Origin: Candidatus Limnocylindria bacterium
GTDB taxonomy: Bacteria > Chloroflexota > Limnocylindria > QHBO01
Assembly (NCBI GenBank): GCA_046715765.1
Contig: JBKJYH010000126.1
Location: forward strand, 1-57,940
Reading direction: 5' to 3'
DNA: 57,940 nucleotides
The notes under the pieces are model-generated. The model was not told the origin of the DNA. It worked only from the letters and a program-made list of their open reading frames with translations, and did not search any database. The translations under genes were made by a program, and so were the position numbers. Shown one piece after another: positions 9,454-19,204 of this stretch; the stretch's first letter is position 1; each line of letters begins with the position of its first letter.

Positions 9454-10415
9454 TGCCCCTCGGCCTCCGCCTCGGCGGCCGCGATGTCGGCCTCGGCCGA
9501 TCGCGCCGGATCACGGTGGCGACCACTCACGATGGCGATGACAGCGCCAAGGATCAGGACGGCCGCGACCAGGGTCCGGATCGTGATCGGCTCGTCCAGG
9601 AAGAGGGCACCCAGCGCGACGGCCACCACCGGGTTCACATAGGCGTAGGTGCTGACCACGGTGATCGGCACGTGGTCGAGCAGCCAGATGTAAGCGGTGA
9701 AGGCCAGCAGCGAACCGAAGACGAGCAGATACAGCAAGGCCCACACGGAGGCGGACGAGAAGGTTGCCGGGTCGAGCCCCGAAAACTCGCCGAGCGCCGA
9801 GCCGACCAGGATCATCACCGCGCCCCCGGCAAGCATCTGCATCCCGGTCGCGACCAACGGATCTGGCGGGCGCGATCCATCGCGCGCCACCAGTGATCCG
9901 GTCGCCCACGAGATTGGGGCGACCATCAGGACCAGCAGCCAGAACGCATCGAGGTCCGCTACGCCCTCGAGTGGAACGAGCAGGATCGCGGCTCCGGCCA
10001 GTCCGACCAACAGCCCACCGATGGTCAACCAACTCGGCGACCGCCGGTGCAGCAGGGCATCGATCACGGCCATCCAGATCGGGGTGGTGGCGATCACGAT
10101 CGCCGCGATCCCCGACGGCAAGGTCCGTTCCGACAGCATCACGATTCCATTGCCCCCGAGCAGCAGCAGGCCACCGGCCAGGGTGGCGGTGCGCCACTGG
10201 GCGAACGTCGGGAGGGCGATCGGGCGGCGCCGGATGGCGACGTAGGAAAGCATCAGTATCCCGGCCAGGCCGAAGCGCACCCCCGCTGCCAGGAGTGGGG
10301 GCAGGGTCTGGACCGCAATCGCGATGGCCAGGTAGGTCGAGCCCCAGACCACGTACACGATCCCCAGCCCGGTGGCGACGGCGAGGGGGGAGGCTCGCTG
10401 GTGATTGACCATCAT
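9450..10415 (-). CDS. EamA/DMT family transporter
   Basis: YVVWGSTYLAI, STYAYVNPVVAVALG; about 10 TM segments. Confidence 0.92.
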   Translation of the reverse strand: MMVNHQRASPLAVATGLGIVYVVWGSTYLAIAIAVQTLPPLLAAGVRFGLAGILMLSYVAIRRRPIALPTFAQWRTATLAGGLLLLGGNGIVMLSERTLPSGIAAIVIATTPIWMAVIDALLHRRSPSWLTIGGLLVGLAGAAILLVPLEGVADLDAFWLLVLMVAPISWATGSLVARDGSRPPDPLVATGMQMLAGGAVMILVGSALGEFSGLDPATFSSASVWALLYLLVFGSLLAFTAYIWLLDHVPITVVSTYAYVNPVVAVALGALFLDEPITIRTLVAAVLILGAVIAIVSGRHRDPARSAEADIAAAEAEAEGH

Positions 10416-10517
10416 CGGCCCATTGTGAGCCAGGCGGCTCGTGACAATCCCGAAGCCTGGACCGTCATGATGGGGACGGCGCCGCGGCCTGTCGGCGCAC
10501 CGCAGCTGGAGCATCTG

Positions 10518-11108
10518 ATGCACCGCACCATCGCAAGCCTGAGCCTGATTGGCGCCCTCGCGCTGGTTGGATGCACGGCTACCTCGCCCTCGCCGTTGGC
10601 ATCAGTCAGCGCCGAGCCTTCGGATTCGGCCAGCACGTCGGTTGAGCCAACGGGCTCGGTTGCACCGAGCGACGGGCTAGGCCCGTTCGCGTGCGACGCA
10701 GTCCACTCGCCGGGCGTCGGAGCGTTCACCAATATCACCGACGTGCAGGTTGAGACCCACGCCGACTACGACCGGATCGTGTTCGAGTTCATCGGCGGGC
10801 TCCCAGAATTCACGATCGAGCCGGCAAGCCCGCCGTTCACCCAGGACGCGTCGGGCCTGCCGCTCACGGTGCATGGCAATGCCTTCTGGCGCATCTGGAT
10901 GAACGGCGCCACGAAACTGTCGCAGTCGGGAGGCATCACCTACAACGGCCCAACCGAGTTCGAGGTCGAGTCGCAGCTGGTCCACCTGGTCGAGGGCGGG
11001 GACTTCGAAGCAGTGAGCACCTGGTACGCCGGAACCGCCGCAACGGCCTGCGTTCGCGTGCTGACCCTGGCCGGCCCGAACCGCCTGGTGATCGACCTGG
11101 AGCACTAG
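10518..11108 (+). CDS. Lipoprotein with AMIN-like domain
   Basis: Lipobox LVGC, HADYDRIVFEF, GDFEA, PNRLVIDL; GGAG SD. Confidence 0.72.
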   Translation: MHRTIASLSLIGALALVGCTATSPSPLASVSAEPSDSASTSVEPTGSVAPSDGLGPFACDAVHSPGVGAFTNITDVQVETHADYDRIVFEFIGGLPEFTIEPASPPFTQDASGLPLTVHGNAFWRIWMNGATKLSQSGGITYNGPTEFEVESQLVHLVEGGDFEAVSTWYAGTAATACVRVLTLAGPNRLVIDLEH

Positions 11109-11134
11109 GCAGCCGACGCTAGACTGGTCGCGGT

Positions 11135-12673
11135 ATGGCACAGGCCGATGCGTTGCCCCAAGTGCGGACCGAGGCCGCGGCCGACCGCGCGGAAGTGGCT
11201 CCCCGTCTGCCCCCCGCGGCGATCGTGCTGGCCTCTGCCGCAATCATCGGATTCGCGGCCCAGCTGCTCTTCTTCGACACGGCCCTTGGGATCAACCTGC
11301 CGATCGCCGTCGCCCTCTTGCTCGCTGCGGGCTGGTTGGTGCGCGACTCCCCACGTGCGCTGCCGGCGATGTCGGACGCCTGGCTGCCCGCATCGGCCCT
11401 CCTGCTGGCTGGGTTCGTGGCCGTCCGCGACGACCCGTCCCTGGCAGCGCTCAACAGCCTCGGCGCGCTCGCCCTGGCCGGGGCTGCTCTCGCCACCTTC
11501 GGAGGGCAGGCGGTCGTTCGCCGCTCGGCCCTCGGCGTGACCGCCCTCGCCACCGCGCTGGCAGGCGCAGCGGCTGCGGGTGCGCGACGGGTCGTGGGGG
11601 AGGCGCGCCGCGCACTCCCCGACGGTCAACTGCGGACGCTCAGCGGGCGCGCGGCACCGATCCTGCGGGGACTCCTGATTGCCATCCCGCTCCTGATCGG
11701 CTTCAGCCTTCTCTTCTCGGCCGCCGACGCGGTCTTCTCCCGCACCCTGCGCGACCTGTTCGATCTCGACCTCGGCTCGCTTCCGGGGCGAGCGGCGATT
11801 GCCGTGGCCGCGGCCTGGCTGGCCGCCGGGACGCTTGGCTTCGTGGCCGGACCGACCCGAGTTGATGACGCCGGGCTCGGCGGCGTCTGGGAGCGCCGCC
11901 CTCGGCTTGGGGCGGCCGAGGCGATCACCGTCGTGATCGCGCTCGACCTCCTCTTCGTCGTGTTCGCCTGGCTTCAGGCCGCCTACCTCTTCGGCAATCG
12001 CGACACGATGGCCGTGAGCGGATTCACCTACTCCGAATATGCTCGGCGCGGCTTCTTCGAACTGCTGGCCGTGGCATTCGGGGTCGCAGCCCTGATCACC
12101 GTCCTGCATGCGCTCGTCCGCGACCGGACTCGAACCTACCTCGTGGCGGCGATTGGCCTGGTCCTGCTGACCGGGGTGGTGCTTGCCTCGGCCTACCTGC
12201 GCCTGCGCCTGTACCAGGACGCCTATGGCTGGACCGAACTGCGCTTCTACGTACTGGCTGCCATCGCCTGGCTTGGGATCGGGACCGTGGCAGCGGTGAT
12301 CGCCCTGGCCACCGGCCGATTTGGGTGGATGGGCCACGCCATGGTCGCGCTCTCGCTCCTCTTCGGCCTGGCCTTCAACGCCATCGGTCCGCTGCACTTT
12401 ATAGCGGAGCAGAACGTCCAGCGCGCGATCCATCCCGAGCTGGTCCCGCCCGACGGGCGCTCCGGTCTGGACGTCTGGTACCTGGCCGGCTTGGGCGGCG
12501 ACGCGGTTATCGTCCTGGCGGAGTCTCTTCCCGACCTCCCGCAAGCCGTTCAGCCCCAAGCCCGCGAGGCGCTGCAATATGCGCACGATCGCCTCGCGGG
12601 CGACCCACGCCTCGAGGCCTGGCAGGCCTGGAACCTCTCCCGTGATCGGGCGCAACAGTTATTGCTCCGCTAG
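11135..12673 (+). CDS. DUF4153/DUF4173 family membrane protein
   Basis: [38 protein letters not shown]. Confidence 0.85.
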   Translation: MAQADALPQVRTEAAADRAEVAPRLPPAAIVLASAAIIGFAAQLLFFDTALGINLPIAVALLLAAGWLVRDSPRALPAMSDAWLPASALLLAGFVAVRDDPSLAALNSLGALALAGAALATFGGQAVVRRSALGVTALATALAGAAAAGARRVVGEARRALPDGQLRTLSGRAAPILRGLLIAIPLLIGFSLLFSAADAVFSRTLRDLFDLDLGSLPGRAAIAVAAAWLAAGTLGFVAGPTRVDDAGLGGVWERRPRLGAAEAITVVIALDLLFVVFAWLQAAYLFGNRDTMAVSGFTYSEYARRGFFELLAVAFGVAALITVLHALVRDRTRTYLVAAIGLVLLTGVVLASAYLRLRLYQDAYGWTELRFYVLAAIAWLGIGTVAAVIALATGRFGWMGHAMVALSLLFGLAFNAIGPLHFIAEQNVQRAIHPELVPPDGRSGLDVWYLAGLGGDAVIVLAESLPDLPQAVQPQAREALQYAHDRLAGDPRLEAWQAWNLSRDRAQQLLLR

Positions 12674-12708
12674 GATCGGGGCTGGCCCTTTCCGCAGCAG
12701 GAGCACGA

Positions 12709-13221
12709 ATGACCGATACGCCGAAGCCGCCAGCCGGCACGCTGGACCTGACCGTCCGCTACAGCGCCCGATTCAAGACCGAGCGCGGGGAGTTCACCTG
12801 CGACCTGTTTGCCGCCGACGCACCCCTCGCCGTCGAGAACTTCATCAACCTGGCCCGCGCCGGCTACTACGACGGCACGACCTTCCACCGGGTGATTCCC
12901 GGCTTCATGGCCCAGGGCGGCGATCCCACCGGCACCGGGCGTGGCGGTCCGGGGTACACCTTCGGCGATGAGGTGACCCCGACGCGGCGCCACGATGGAC
13001 CAGGCGTGCTCTCGATGGCCAACGCCGGCCCGAGCACGAACGGCAGCCAGTTCTTCATTACCTACTCGGCGACGCCGCACCTCGACGGCCGCCACACGGT
13101 CTTCGGGCGCGTGGCGTCCGGCATGGACACGGTCAGCGCCCTCCGCGAGCGCGACCCCGGACGCGATCCCAAGCCGGGCGATCGGATCGACACCATCGAG
13201 GTCGAGACCGGACCGCGCTGA
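12709..13221 (+). CDS. Cyclophilin-type peptidyl-prolyl isomerase
   Basis: [42 protein letters not shown]; AGGAG SD. Confidence 0.95.
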   Translation: MTDTPKPPAGTLDLTVRYSARFKTERGEFTCDLFAADAPLAVENFINLARAGYYDGTTFHRVIPGFMAQGGDPTGTGRGGPGYTFGDEVTPTRRHDGPGVLSMANAGPSTNGSQFFITYSATPHLDGRHTVFGRVASGMDTVSALRERDPGRDPKPGDRIDTIEVETGPR

Positions 13222-13234
13222 TTCAGGGCTCCGG

Positions 13235-13390
13235 TCAGGCGGCCCGGTAGAGCAGGTTGTAGGTGATCAGCGGATCCGGGGCGAAGGCCATCCGGCTCGC
13301 GCAGGCGCTGCACACCAGTTCGTCCTCCGCCTCGTCGACGGTGAAGACGACCTCGTCTTCGCACCAGGGGCAGGTCAACTGTACGGTCAT
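13235..13390 (-). CDS. 51-aa acidic zinc-ribbon protein
   Basis: CPWC-x16-CSAC; GGAG immediately before ATG 13390. Confidence 0.7.
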   Translation of the reverse strand: MTVQLTCPWCEDEVVFTVDEAEDELVCSACASRMAFAPDPLITYNLLYRAA

Positions 13391-13452
13391 GCTCCGAGGT
13401 TGAGGGGCCCGCGCGACACCTAGCCTGTCGCGATTCTCTAGGCTTCCGATCC

Positions 13453-14787
13453 ATGACCGAGCCAGTCGCCAGCGCACCGAGTCCGCCGGTCTCCGCGACG
13501 CTGGCTGACTGGCGCGCCTTCGGGGCGCGGCGCTATCGGGCCTTCCGCCTGCTGGCGGTGGCGCAGGGATTCATCGGGCCGCTGGCCGGCCCGGCTATCG
13601 TGATCCCGCTCCTCCTCTACCTCGGCGCCCACCCGGCCCTCGCCACCCTGCTCGCTGTGCTGCCGGTGCTGGGCACCATGGGCCAGCGCTTCCTGCCACG
13701 CCTGCTCGATCGGACCGACGGCAATCTCCGCGGGCTGGTGGTGACCGCCGCCACCATCGGCGAGCCGCGCGGGCTGCTCCTGGCGGGGATGATCGCCCTG
13801 CATGCGACCGGGGTGATCTCCAACGGGTGGGCGATCGCCGGGGTGGCCTTCATCATCGGGACCTTTGGCTCCCTGGCGGCCATCGGCTACGGGGCTCTGC
13901 AGTCGTGGTACCAGATCATCCTGCCCGACGCGGAGCGGCGGCTGATCGGGCCGCGGCTGGCCGGCATCGCACTGGGGATCGGATCGGTGGTCCTGCTGCC
14001 GCTGGCCTTCGGTATCGACGACCTCGTCAGCCGGATCGGCGTGTGGGCCTATGCCATTCCGTTCGCGGTGAGCGGGGTGATCGGGCTGATTCCGGCCTTC
14101 GGCCTGCGCCGGCTGCCGTCTCCCGGGCGGGTGCGAGTCCCGCGCAGCGCGCCATGGGCCCAGTCCGAGGATGGTCGCCTGCGTCGGCTCGCGCGCGTGA
14201 TCACCCTCGCCTCGCTGGCAGCCGGCCTGGCGCCCTTCCTGTCCGTGTACGCGATCGTCGTCCTCGGAACCGGCCCCGGCTTCGCCATCGCCCTGTCGGC
14301 CACCTCCTCAGCGTCCCTGGTGCTGGCCTCGCTGGTGATCAGCTCGCGGCTGGCGCGCGGATCCGCCTCCCGGCTGCTGCGCGCGTCGCTGCTGCTTCGC
14401 AGCGGCGCGCTCGTTCTTGGCGTGGCTGCCCATCCCGCCAACCCGTTCGCGGCACCGCTGCTCCTGGTCATTGCCGTCGCCATGGCAGCTGGTGACACGG
14501 CGGGGCAGCTCTCCGCCAACGAGCGCCTGTATCGGCTGGCCACCGGGCCGTCAGTGATCGCCTTTCAGAGCCACTTCGTGGTCCGCAACGTACTGGCCTA
14601 CGGCGGCGGGCTGCTGACCGGCTCCACGATCATGCTCTTCGGTGGCTACCCCGCCTTCGCCGTCCTGTTCGCCGGGGCTGGGCTGGTCCGGCTGGTCGCG
14701 GCTCGATTCACCGAGATCTCGTCCACCGACCGGGTCGGCTCCGCCACCGGCGTTCATCCCGCCGCGGAGGACCCGCCGCCGGGCTGA
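13453..14787 (+). CDS. MFS-like polytopic membrane protein
   Basis: About 12 hydrophobic segments in two halves; TAGGCT 8 nt before ATG. Confidence 0.7.
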   Translation: MTEPVASAPSPPVSATLADWRAFGARRYRAFRLLAVAQGFIGPLAGPAIVIPLLLYLGAHPALATLLAVLPVLGTMGQRFLPRLLDRTDGNLRGLVVTAATIGEPRGLLLAGMIALHATGVISNGWAIAGVAFIIGTFGSLAAIGYGALQSWYQIILPDAERRLIGPRLAGIALGIGSVVLLPLAFGIDDLVSRIGVWAYAIPFAVSGVIGLIPAFGLRRLPSPGRVRVPRSAPWAQSEDGRLRRLARVITLASLAAGLAPFLSVYAIVVLGTGPGFAIALSATSSASLVLASLVISSRLARGSASRLLRASLLLRSGALVLGVAAHPANPFAAPLLLVIAVAMAAGDTAGQLSANERLYRLATGPSVIAFQSHFVVRNVLAYGGGLLTGSTIMLFGGYPAFAVLFAGAGLVRLVAARFTEISSTDRVGSATGVHPAAEDPPPG

Positions 14788-14816
14788 TCGGGGCAGCCGA
14801 TGGAACGGTGCAGTAT

Positions 14817-14832
14817 TTGCGTGATTGCGCAA
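14817..14832. promoter_or_regulatory. Putative ArsR operator TTGCG-N6-CGCAA
   Basis: Inverted repeat just upstream of the TACCAT -10 (14839-14844) of the ArsR gene. Confidence 0.5.
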
Positions 14833-14851
14833 TTGGTGTACCATCCGACCG

Positions 14852-15145
14852 ATGGCTGCCACCCTCTCGCCCGAACGGCTGCGTGACCGAACCGCGCTCA
14901 TCGCCCGCGCCCTGGCCGATGCCAAGCGCCTGTGCGTGGTCGAGCGGCTGGCGGATGGCGAGCGCTCGGTGAGCGACCTCTCCCGCGACGTGGGATGCCA
15001 GGTTCCGAACATGAGCCAGCACCTCGCCGTTCTGCGCCAGGCTGGGATCGTGGCCACCCGTCGCGAAGGCAGCACCGTCTTCTACCGGCTTGCGGACCCC
15101 GCGGTCCTCGACGCCTACCGAATCCTCCAAACGGTCGCCCGCTAG
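14852..15145 (+). CDS. ArsR/SmtB family transcriptional regulator
   Basis: ALADAKRL, SVSDL, NMSQHLAVLRQAGIV, VFYRL. Confidence 0.92.
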   Translation: MAATLSPERLRDRTALIARALADAKRLCVVERLADGERSVSDLSRDVGCQVPNMSQHLAVLRQAGIVATRREGSTVFYRLADPAVLDAYRILQTVAR

Positions 15146-15176
15146 GGCTGATCCAGAAAGGAACCCCGAACTACCG

Positions 15177-15515
15177 ATGTCCAATGTCCGAGAGGCGACT
15201 GACGCCAACTTCGAGGAGCTCGTCCTCAAAAACAGCAAGCCGGTGATTGTCGACTTCTGGGCGGCGTGGTGCGGTCCGTGTCGGCTCGTTGCCCCGGAGA
15301 TCGAGAAGCTGGCCGAGAAGTACGCCGGATCGGTGGAGGTCGTCAAGCTCGACGTGGACGCCAACCCCCACACCGCCATGCACTACGGGATCATGAGCAT
15401 CCCGACCGTGGCCTTCTTCGCGCCGGGCCAGCCGCCCCGCGCCGCGGTCGGCTTCCGCCCGGCGGATCAGCTCGAATCCGCCTTCGGCCTGGCCACGCTC
15501 ACCGTCGCGTCCTGA
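15177..15515 (+). CDS. trxA: Thioredoxin
   Basis: VDFWAAWCGPC, IMSIPT. Confidence 0.93.
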   Translation: MSNVREATDANFEELVLKNSKPVIVDFWAAWCGPCRLVAPEIEKLAEKYAGSVEVVKLDVDANPHTAMHYGIMSIPTVAFFAPGQPPRAAVGFRPADQLESAFGLATLTVAS

Positions 15516-15572
15516 GTCGCTGCGCCGGGTCGCAGCGACCGGGCGCCTCTGCCATGGCGTAGGCTGCCCGCT

Positions 15573-17573
15573 GTGAGCGCCGGCTTGCTGAGGATCAGGA
15601 TTGTGGCGGCCGCGATTCTCCTTGCCGCGGCCCTGCCGCTGGCGCCGGGGATCACGAGCATGGCCCGAGCGGGCGGTGGATTGGTGACGGTATCGGACAC
15701 CACCTATCGGGTCCTTCCCGAGGACGAGCGGGTCGGTGTCACGATCGACTCGGTGTCGACCTCGCTCGAGCGGGATACCGCCCAGGGGCAGATCTATTAC
15801 ACCGGCCTGACGATGTTCATCCAGGCCGGCGCAACCAGCATCCGCGGCTCATCCGAGGGAGCGGGTGTGGGCGTGCGGGTCCTGGAGGCCACCGACGAAT
15901 TTACCAAGATCTCGGTGAACTTCTCGCGCAACGTTTTCTACCAGCAAAGTTATGCCTATCGGATCAGCTTCGACCTGGTGGACCCGGGCGGCGAGGCGAA
16001 CCGGGACCTGCGGATCGGGCGCAGCATGGCTGCCTTCGGCGTGTGGGCCTTTGGCGACCCGGGGACCACGGACGGCAGCGTCAGGGTCATCCTGCCCCCG
16101 AGCTGGAACGCGACCGTGTATGGGGAGGTGCTCGACGAGGCGCCTCAGCCGGACGGCACGACCGTGCTCAGCGCCGCACCCCTGGCTGATCCGGGCGATT
16201 GGTTCGCGTACGTCGTCGCGGAGCGCCCGGGTTCGTTTCAAGTCACCGACTTCGACCTGGCCGTCGGGGACGAGGTCGGCACGGTCAGGTTGCGCGCCTG
16301 GGACGATGATCCGGAGTGGGCTGCCCGGATGCAGATCCTGCTGAGCGATGGGATCCCGGCCCTCCACGAGTTAATCGGCCTGGCATGGCCGGTGCATGGC
16401 GAGTTGAAGGTGGAGGAGTCCGCCATCCGGCGCCTGGGCGAGTACGCCGGTGTCTACAACCGGCTGACCGAACTGATCAACGTTCGATACGACGCCGATG
16501 CGATCGTGGCGCTGCACGAAGTGGCCCACGCCTGGTTCAACGACGGACTCTTCCGCGACCGATGGATCGGGGAGGCGTTTGCCGAGTTTTACGCAGTCCA
16601 TGCCGCGGAACAGATCGGAGCCCGTGGAGATGTCTTCGAGCTGACCGACGAGCTCGTGGCGGGAAAGGTCGCGCTCAACGACTGGGGCGTCATCGGGGCC
16701 GAGACCGACCTGGTGGAGCGGTACGCCTACGCGGCTACCTATCACCTGGCCGAGTTGATCTTCGAGCGCACCGACCATGACGTCCTCCGCAGCGTGTGGC
16801 GCGCTGCGGAGGACGGATTCATGTCCTACCAACCGGCCGAGGACCAGGGATCCCCGGTGATCGGGGTCCCGTTCGACCAACCCGGCTGGCAGCGCCTGCT
16901 CGACCTGCTCGAGGAGCGCACCGATGCCGCGTTCGCCGACCTGTGGCTGGAGTACGTGGTCAGTGCTGGGCAGCGCCCGCTGCTCGATGATCGCGCGGAG
17001 GCGCGCGACCGGTACCACGAGGTCGCTGACGCCGCCGGGGAGTGGCAGCTGCCGACCCCGGTTCGCTATGCGATGAGCTCGTGGGAGTTCGACGAGGCGC
17101 TCGCGGAGCTCGGGATGGCGAGCCAGGTGCTGGACCTTCGAGATGATCTGACAACGCTCGGAGTGAGCCTGGACCTGACTCCGCCCGACGCCCTGCGCGA
17201 GGCATTCGAGGGCGCCGACGGGATGGCCGCGGCGCAGGCCGAGGCGACCGCGGAACTGGGGGCGCTGGAGTTGATCGAGGGGACCACCACCCGCCTGGCG
17301 TCAGAACCGGGGTTCGTCGAATCGGTGGGGCTGCTGCTCACCGATCCGGCGGCCGGGCTGGCAACGGCGCGCGACGCCTGGGAGGCCGGCGACAGCGACG
17401 CCGCCGCGGAGGATGCCCGAGTTGCGATGGCAACCCGCGACGGCGCCGAGGCGGTGGGGCGCGATCGGCTGTTAGTGGGTGGCGGGCTGCTGCTGATCGG
17501 CACGGGAGGCGGGGCCGTCCTCGCCATCCGCCGCCGCCGACGCGTCAGAGCGCCGCTGGATCGTCCTGCATGA
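15573..17573 (+). CDS. Secreted, C-terminally anchored gluzincin (M1/MA-like) metallopeptidase
   Basis: Signal peptide, HEVAHAWF then WIGEAFAEF; C-terminal TM plus Arg tail. Confidence 0.72.
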   Translation: MSAGLLRIRIVAAAILLAAALPLAPGITSMARAGGGLVTVSDTTYRVLPEDERVGVTIDSVSTSLERDTAQGQIYYTGLTMFIQAGATSIRGSSEGAGVGVRVLEATDEFTKISVNFSRNVFYQQSYAYRISFDLVDPGGEANRDLRIGRSMAAFGVWAFGDPGTTDGSVRVILPPSWNATVYGEVLDEAPQPDGTTVLSAAPLADPGDWFAYVVAERPGSFQVTDFDLAVGDEVGTVRLRAWDDDPEWAARMQILLSDGIPALHELIGLAWPVHGELKVEESAIRRLGEYAGVYNRLTELINVRYDADAIVALHEVAHAWFNDGLFRDRWIGEAFAEFYAVHAAEQIGARGDVFELTDELVAGKVALNDWGVIGAETDLVERYAYAATYHLAELIFERTDHDVLRSVWRAAEDGFMSYQPAEDQGSPVIGVPFDQPGWQRLLDLLEERTDAAFADLWLEYVVSAGQRPLLDDRAEARDRYHEVADAAGEWQLPTPVRYAMSSWEFDEALAELGMASQVLDLRDDLTTLGVSLDLTPPDALREAFEGADGMAAAQAEATAELGALELIEGTTTRLASEPGFVESVGLLLTDPAAGLATARDAWEAGDSDAAAEDARVAMATRDGAEAVGRDRLLVGGGLLLIGTGGGAVLAIRRRRRVRAPLDRPA

Positions 17574-17793
17574 CGCCGAACAGGTTGCCCTCGGAATCGC
17601 TGGAGTAGGCCAGCCAGCCGATGCCGGGCCCCGGCCCCGTGCGGCGGACCACGCGGCCACCTGCGACGAGGACCTTCTCGATCGTATCGTCCACCGACTC
17701 GACCCCGATCGTGTTGGTGACTCCCTCGTCGGTCCCGGTTCGTCGGCTGATGCCACCGTCAGTAGTCGGTGGGACCGCCAACCCGCACGGCAA
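17545..17793 (-). pseudogene. 5'-truncated VOC/glyoxalase family gene
   Basis: DGGISRR...TIGVESVDDTIEKV..AGG...PGIGWLAY..DSEGNLFGVMQ is only the C-terminal part; no room for the N-terminus before the MFS gene. Confidence 0.6.
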
Positions 17794-17821
17794 TCGGTCA
17801 AGCGGCTAACCTTGCTGCTCC

Positions 17822-19171
17822 ATGCCCGACCGTTCGCTGTTGGCAGTGCTCCTCGGCACCTTCACCCTGCGCTTGTCAACCGGTCTCACCGGCGGCTTGC
17901 TGCTCTACTACCTGGCCGACCTGCCCAAGCACGGCGGGACCGAGGTCAGTGCCTTCGTGGTGGGAGCCCTGACGGCCAGCTACTACGTCTCCGAACTGGT
18001 GCTCTCGCCGTTCTTCGGGATCCTGTCGGACCGGCTTGGTGCACATCGGCTGATGCAGTGGGGCCCGGTCTTCGGCTTCGTGGCGGTGATCGCCACCGCT
18101 TTGACCACCGACCTGTGGCTGCTTGGCGGAACACGACTCGCCGAGGGAGCGGCCGCTGGCGCCAGCATCCCGTCGATCCTGGGCTACATCGCGCTGGCCA
18201 CCAGCCGGGACGAGGCGTTGCGCGGCCGGACCGTGGCGCGCTTCGAAGCCGCCACCCTGGCGGGGCTGGGGATCGGGATCGTGGTCGCCGGCCCCGCCTG
18301 GGAGGTGCTGGCGCGCTGGGCGTTCATCGGCAACGCGGGGATCTACGCCATCTCCTTCGCCATCTACCGCTGGGGCGTGGCCGAGCTCCCGCTCCCGGCA
18401 AAGGACTTCGAGCCGGTGCCCGTCCATTCGGCCGAGCTGCACCCCCACCGGTTCGACCTGGCCCGCTACCGCCGCGTGATGAGTTCGCCCGCCGTGTGGT
18501 TGCTGGCACCGACCTGGATTGCGCTCAACGCGGTCGTCGGCAGCTGGACCACCCAATCGGTCTTCCAACTGGTGCGCGCGCCGTCCGCGCGCTTCGAGGA
18601 CCAGCTCCTGATGGGTGGCTTCGGCCCGACCCAGGTCAGCCTGGGCCTGGGCGTGGGACTCCTGCTCTTCTTTGCCGGCCTCTTCTTCTGGGGCAGCCGA
18701 TTCAAACGCTACCGTCGGACGACGATCATTGCGCTCGGGGATCTCGGCGGGCTGCTGATGATCGGTGCCATCTTCGGCCTGAATCACTCGCAGGGTTGGC
18801 CCGCGCCGGTGGTTGGCGCAGTGGTCCTGGCGATGGCCGCCGGCCTCTTCGTCCTCGCGGGTGCCACGCCTGCGGCGCTCGGCCTGCTTGCCGACATCAC
18901 CGAGACGCATCCGGAGGACCGCGGCGCAGTCATGGGCCTGTACTCGGTCTTCCTGGCTGTCGGGCAGATCTTCGGCAGCCTGGTGAGTGGCGGCGCCGCC
19001 GAGTGGCTGGGGATCGACGGGCTGCTGGCCGCGTCGCTCGGACTGTTGATCGTGGCGCTGCTGCCGGTCAGGGCGTTGCGCGCCTCCGAGCACCTGGTGG
19101 GAGCCGCTGCTCCGCATGACACCCAAGAGTTGATCAGCGACGCGCTGGGCCACCCCGACCGGGAGGGCTGA
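17822..19171 (+). CDS. MFS transporter
   Basis: Motif A GILSDRLG; DRGAVMGLYS; about 12 TM. Confidence 0.9.
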   Translation: MPDRSLLAVLLGTFTLRLSTGLTGGLLLYYLADLPKHGGTEVSAFVVGALTASYYVSELVLSPFFGILSDRLGAHRLMQWGPVFGFVAVIATALTTDLWLLGGTRLAEGAAAGASIPSILGYIALATSRDEALRGRTVARFEAATLAGLGIGIVVAGPAWEVLARWAFIGNAGIYAISFAIYRWGVAELPLPAKDFEPVPVHSAELHPHRFDLARYRRVMSSPAVWLLAPTWIALNAVVGSWTTQSVFQLVRAPSARFEDQLLMGGFGPTQVSLGLGVGLLLFFAGLFFWGSRFKRYRRTTIIALGDLGGLLMIGAIFGLNHSQGWPAPVVGAVVLAMAAGLFVLAGATPAALGLLADITETHPEDRGAVMGLYSVFLAVGQIFGSLVSGGAAEWLGIDGLLAASLGLLIVALLPVRALRASEHLVGAAAPHDTQELISDALGHPDREG

Positions 19172-19204
19172 CGCCGCTCCGCGGTCGGCTATCCTTGGCG
19201 CCCG

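Noticed and set aside
19172-19204. T-box ahead of proS
   Set aside because: The gap is only 33 nt and shows a leaderless-type -10 instead.
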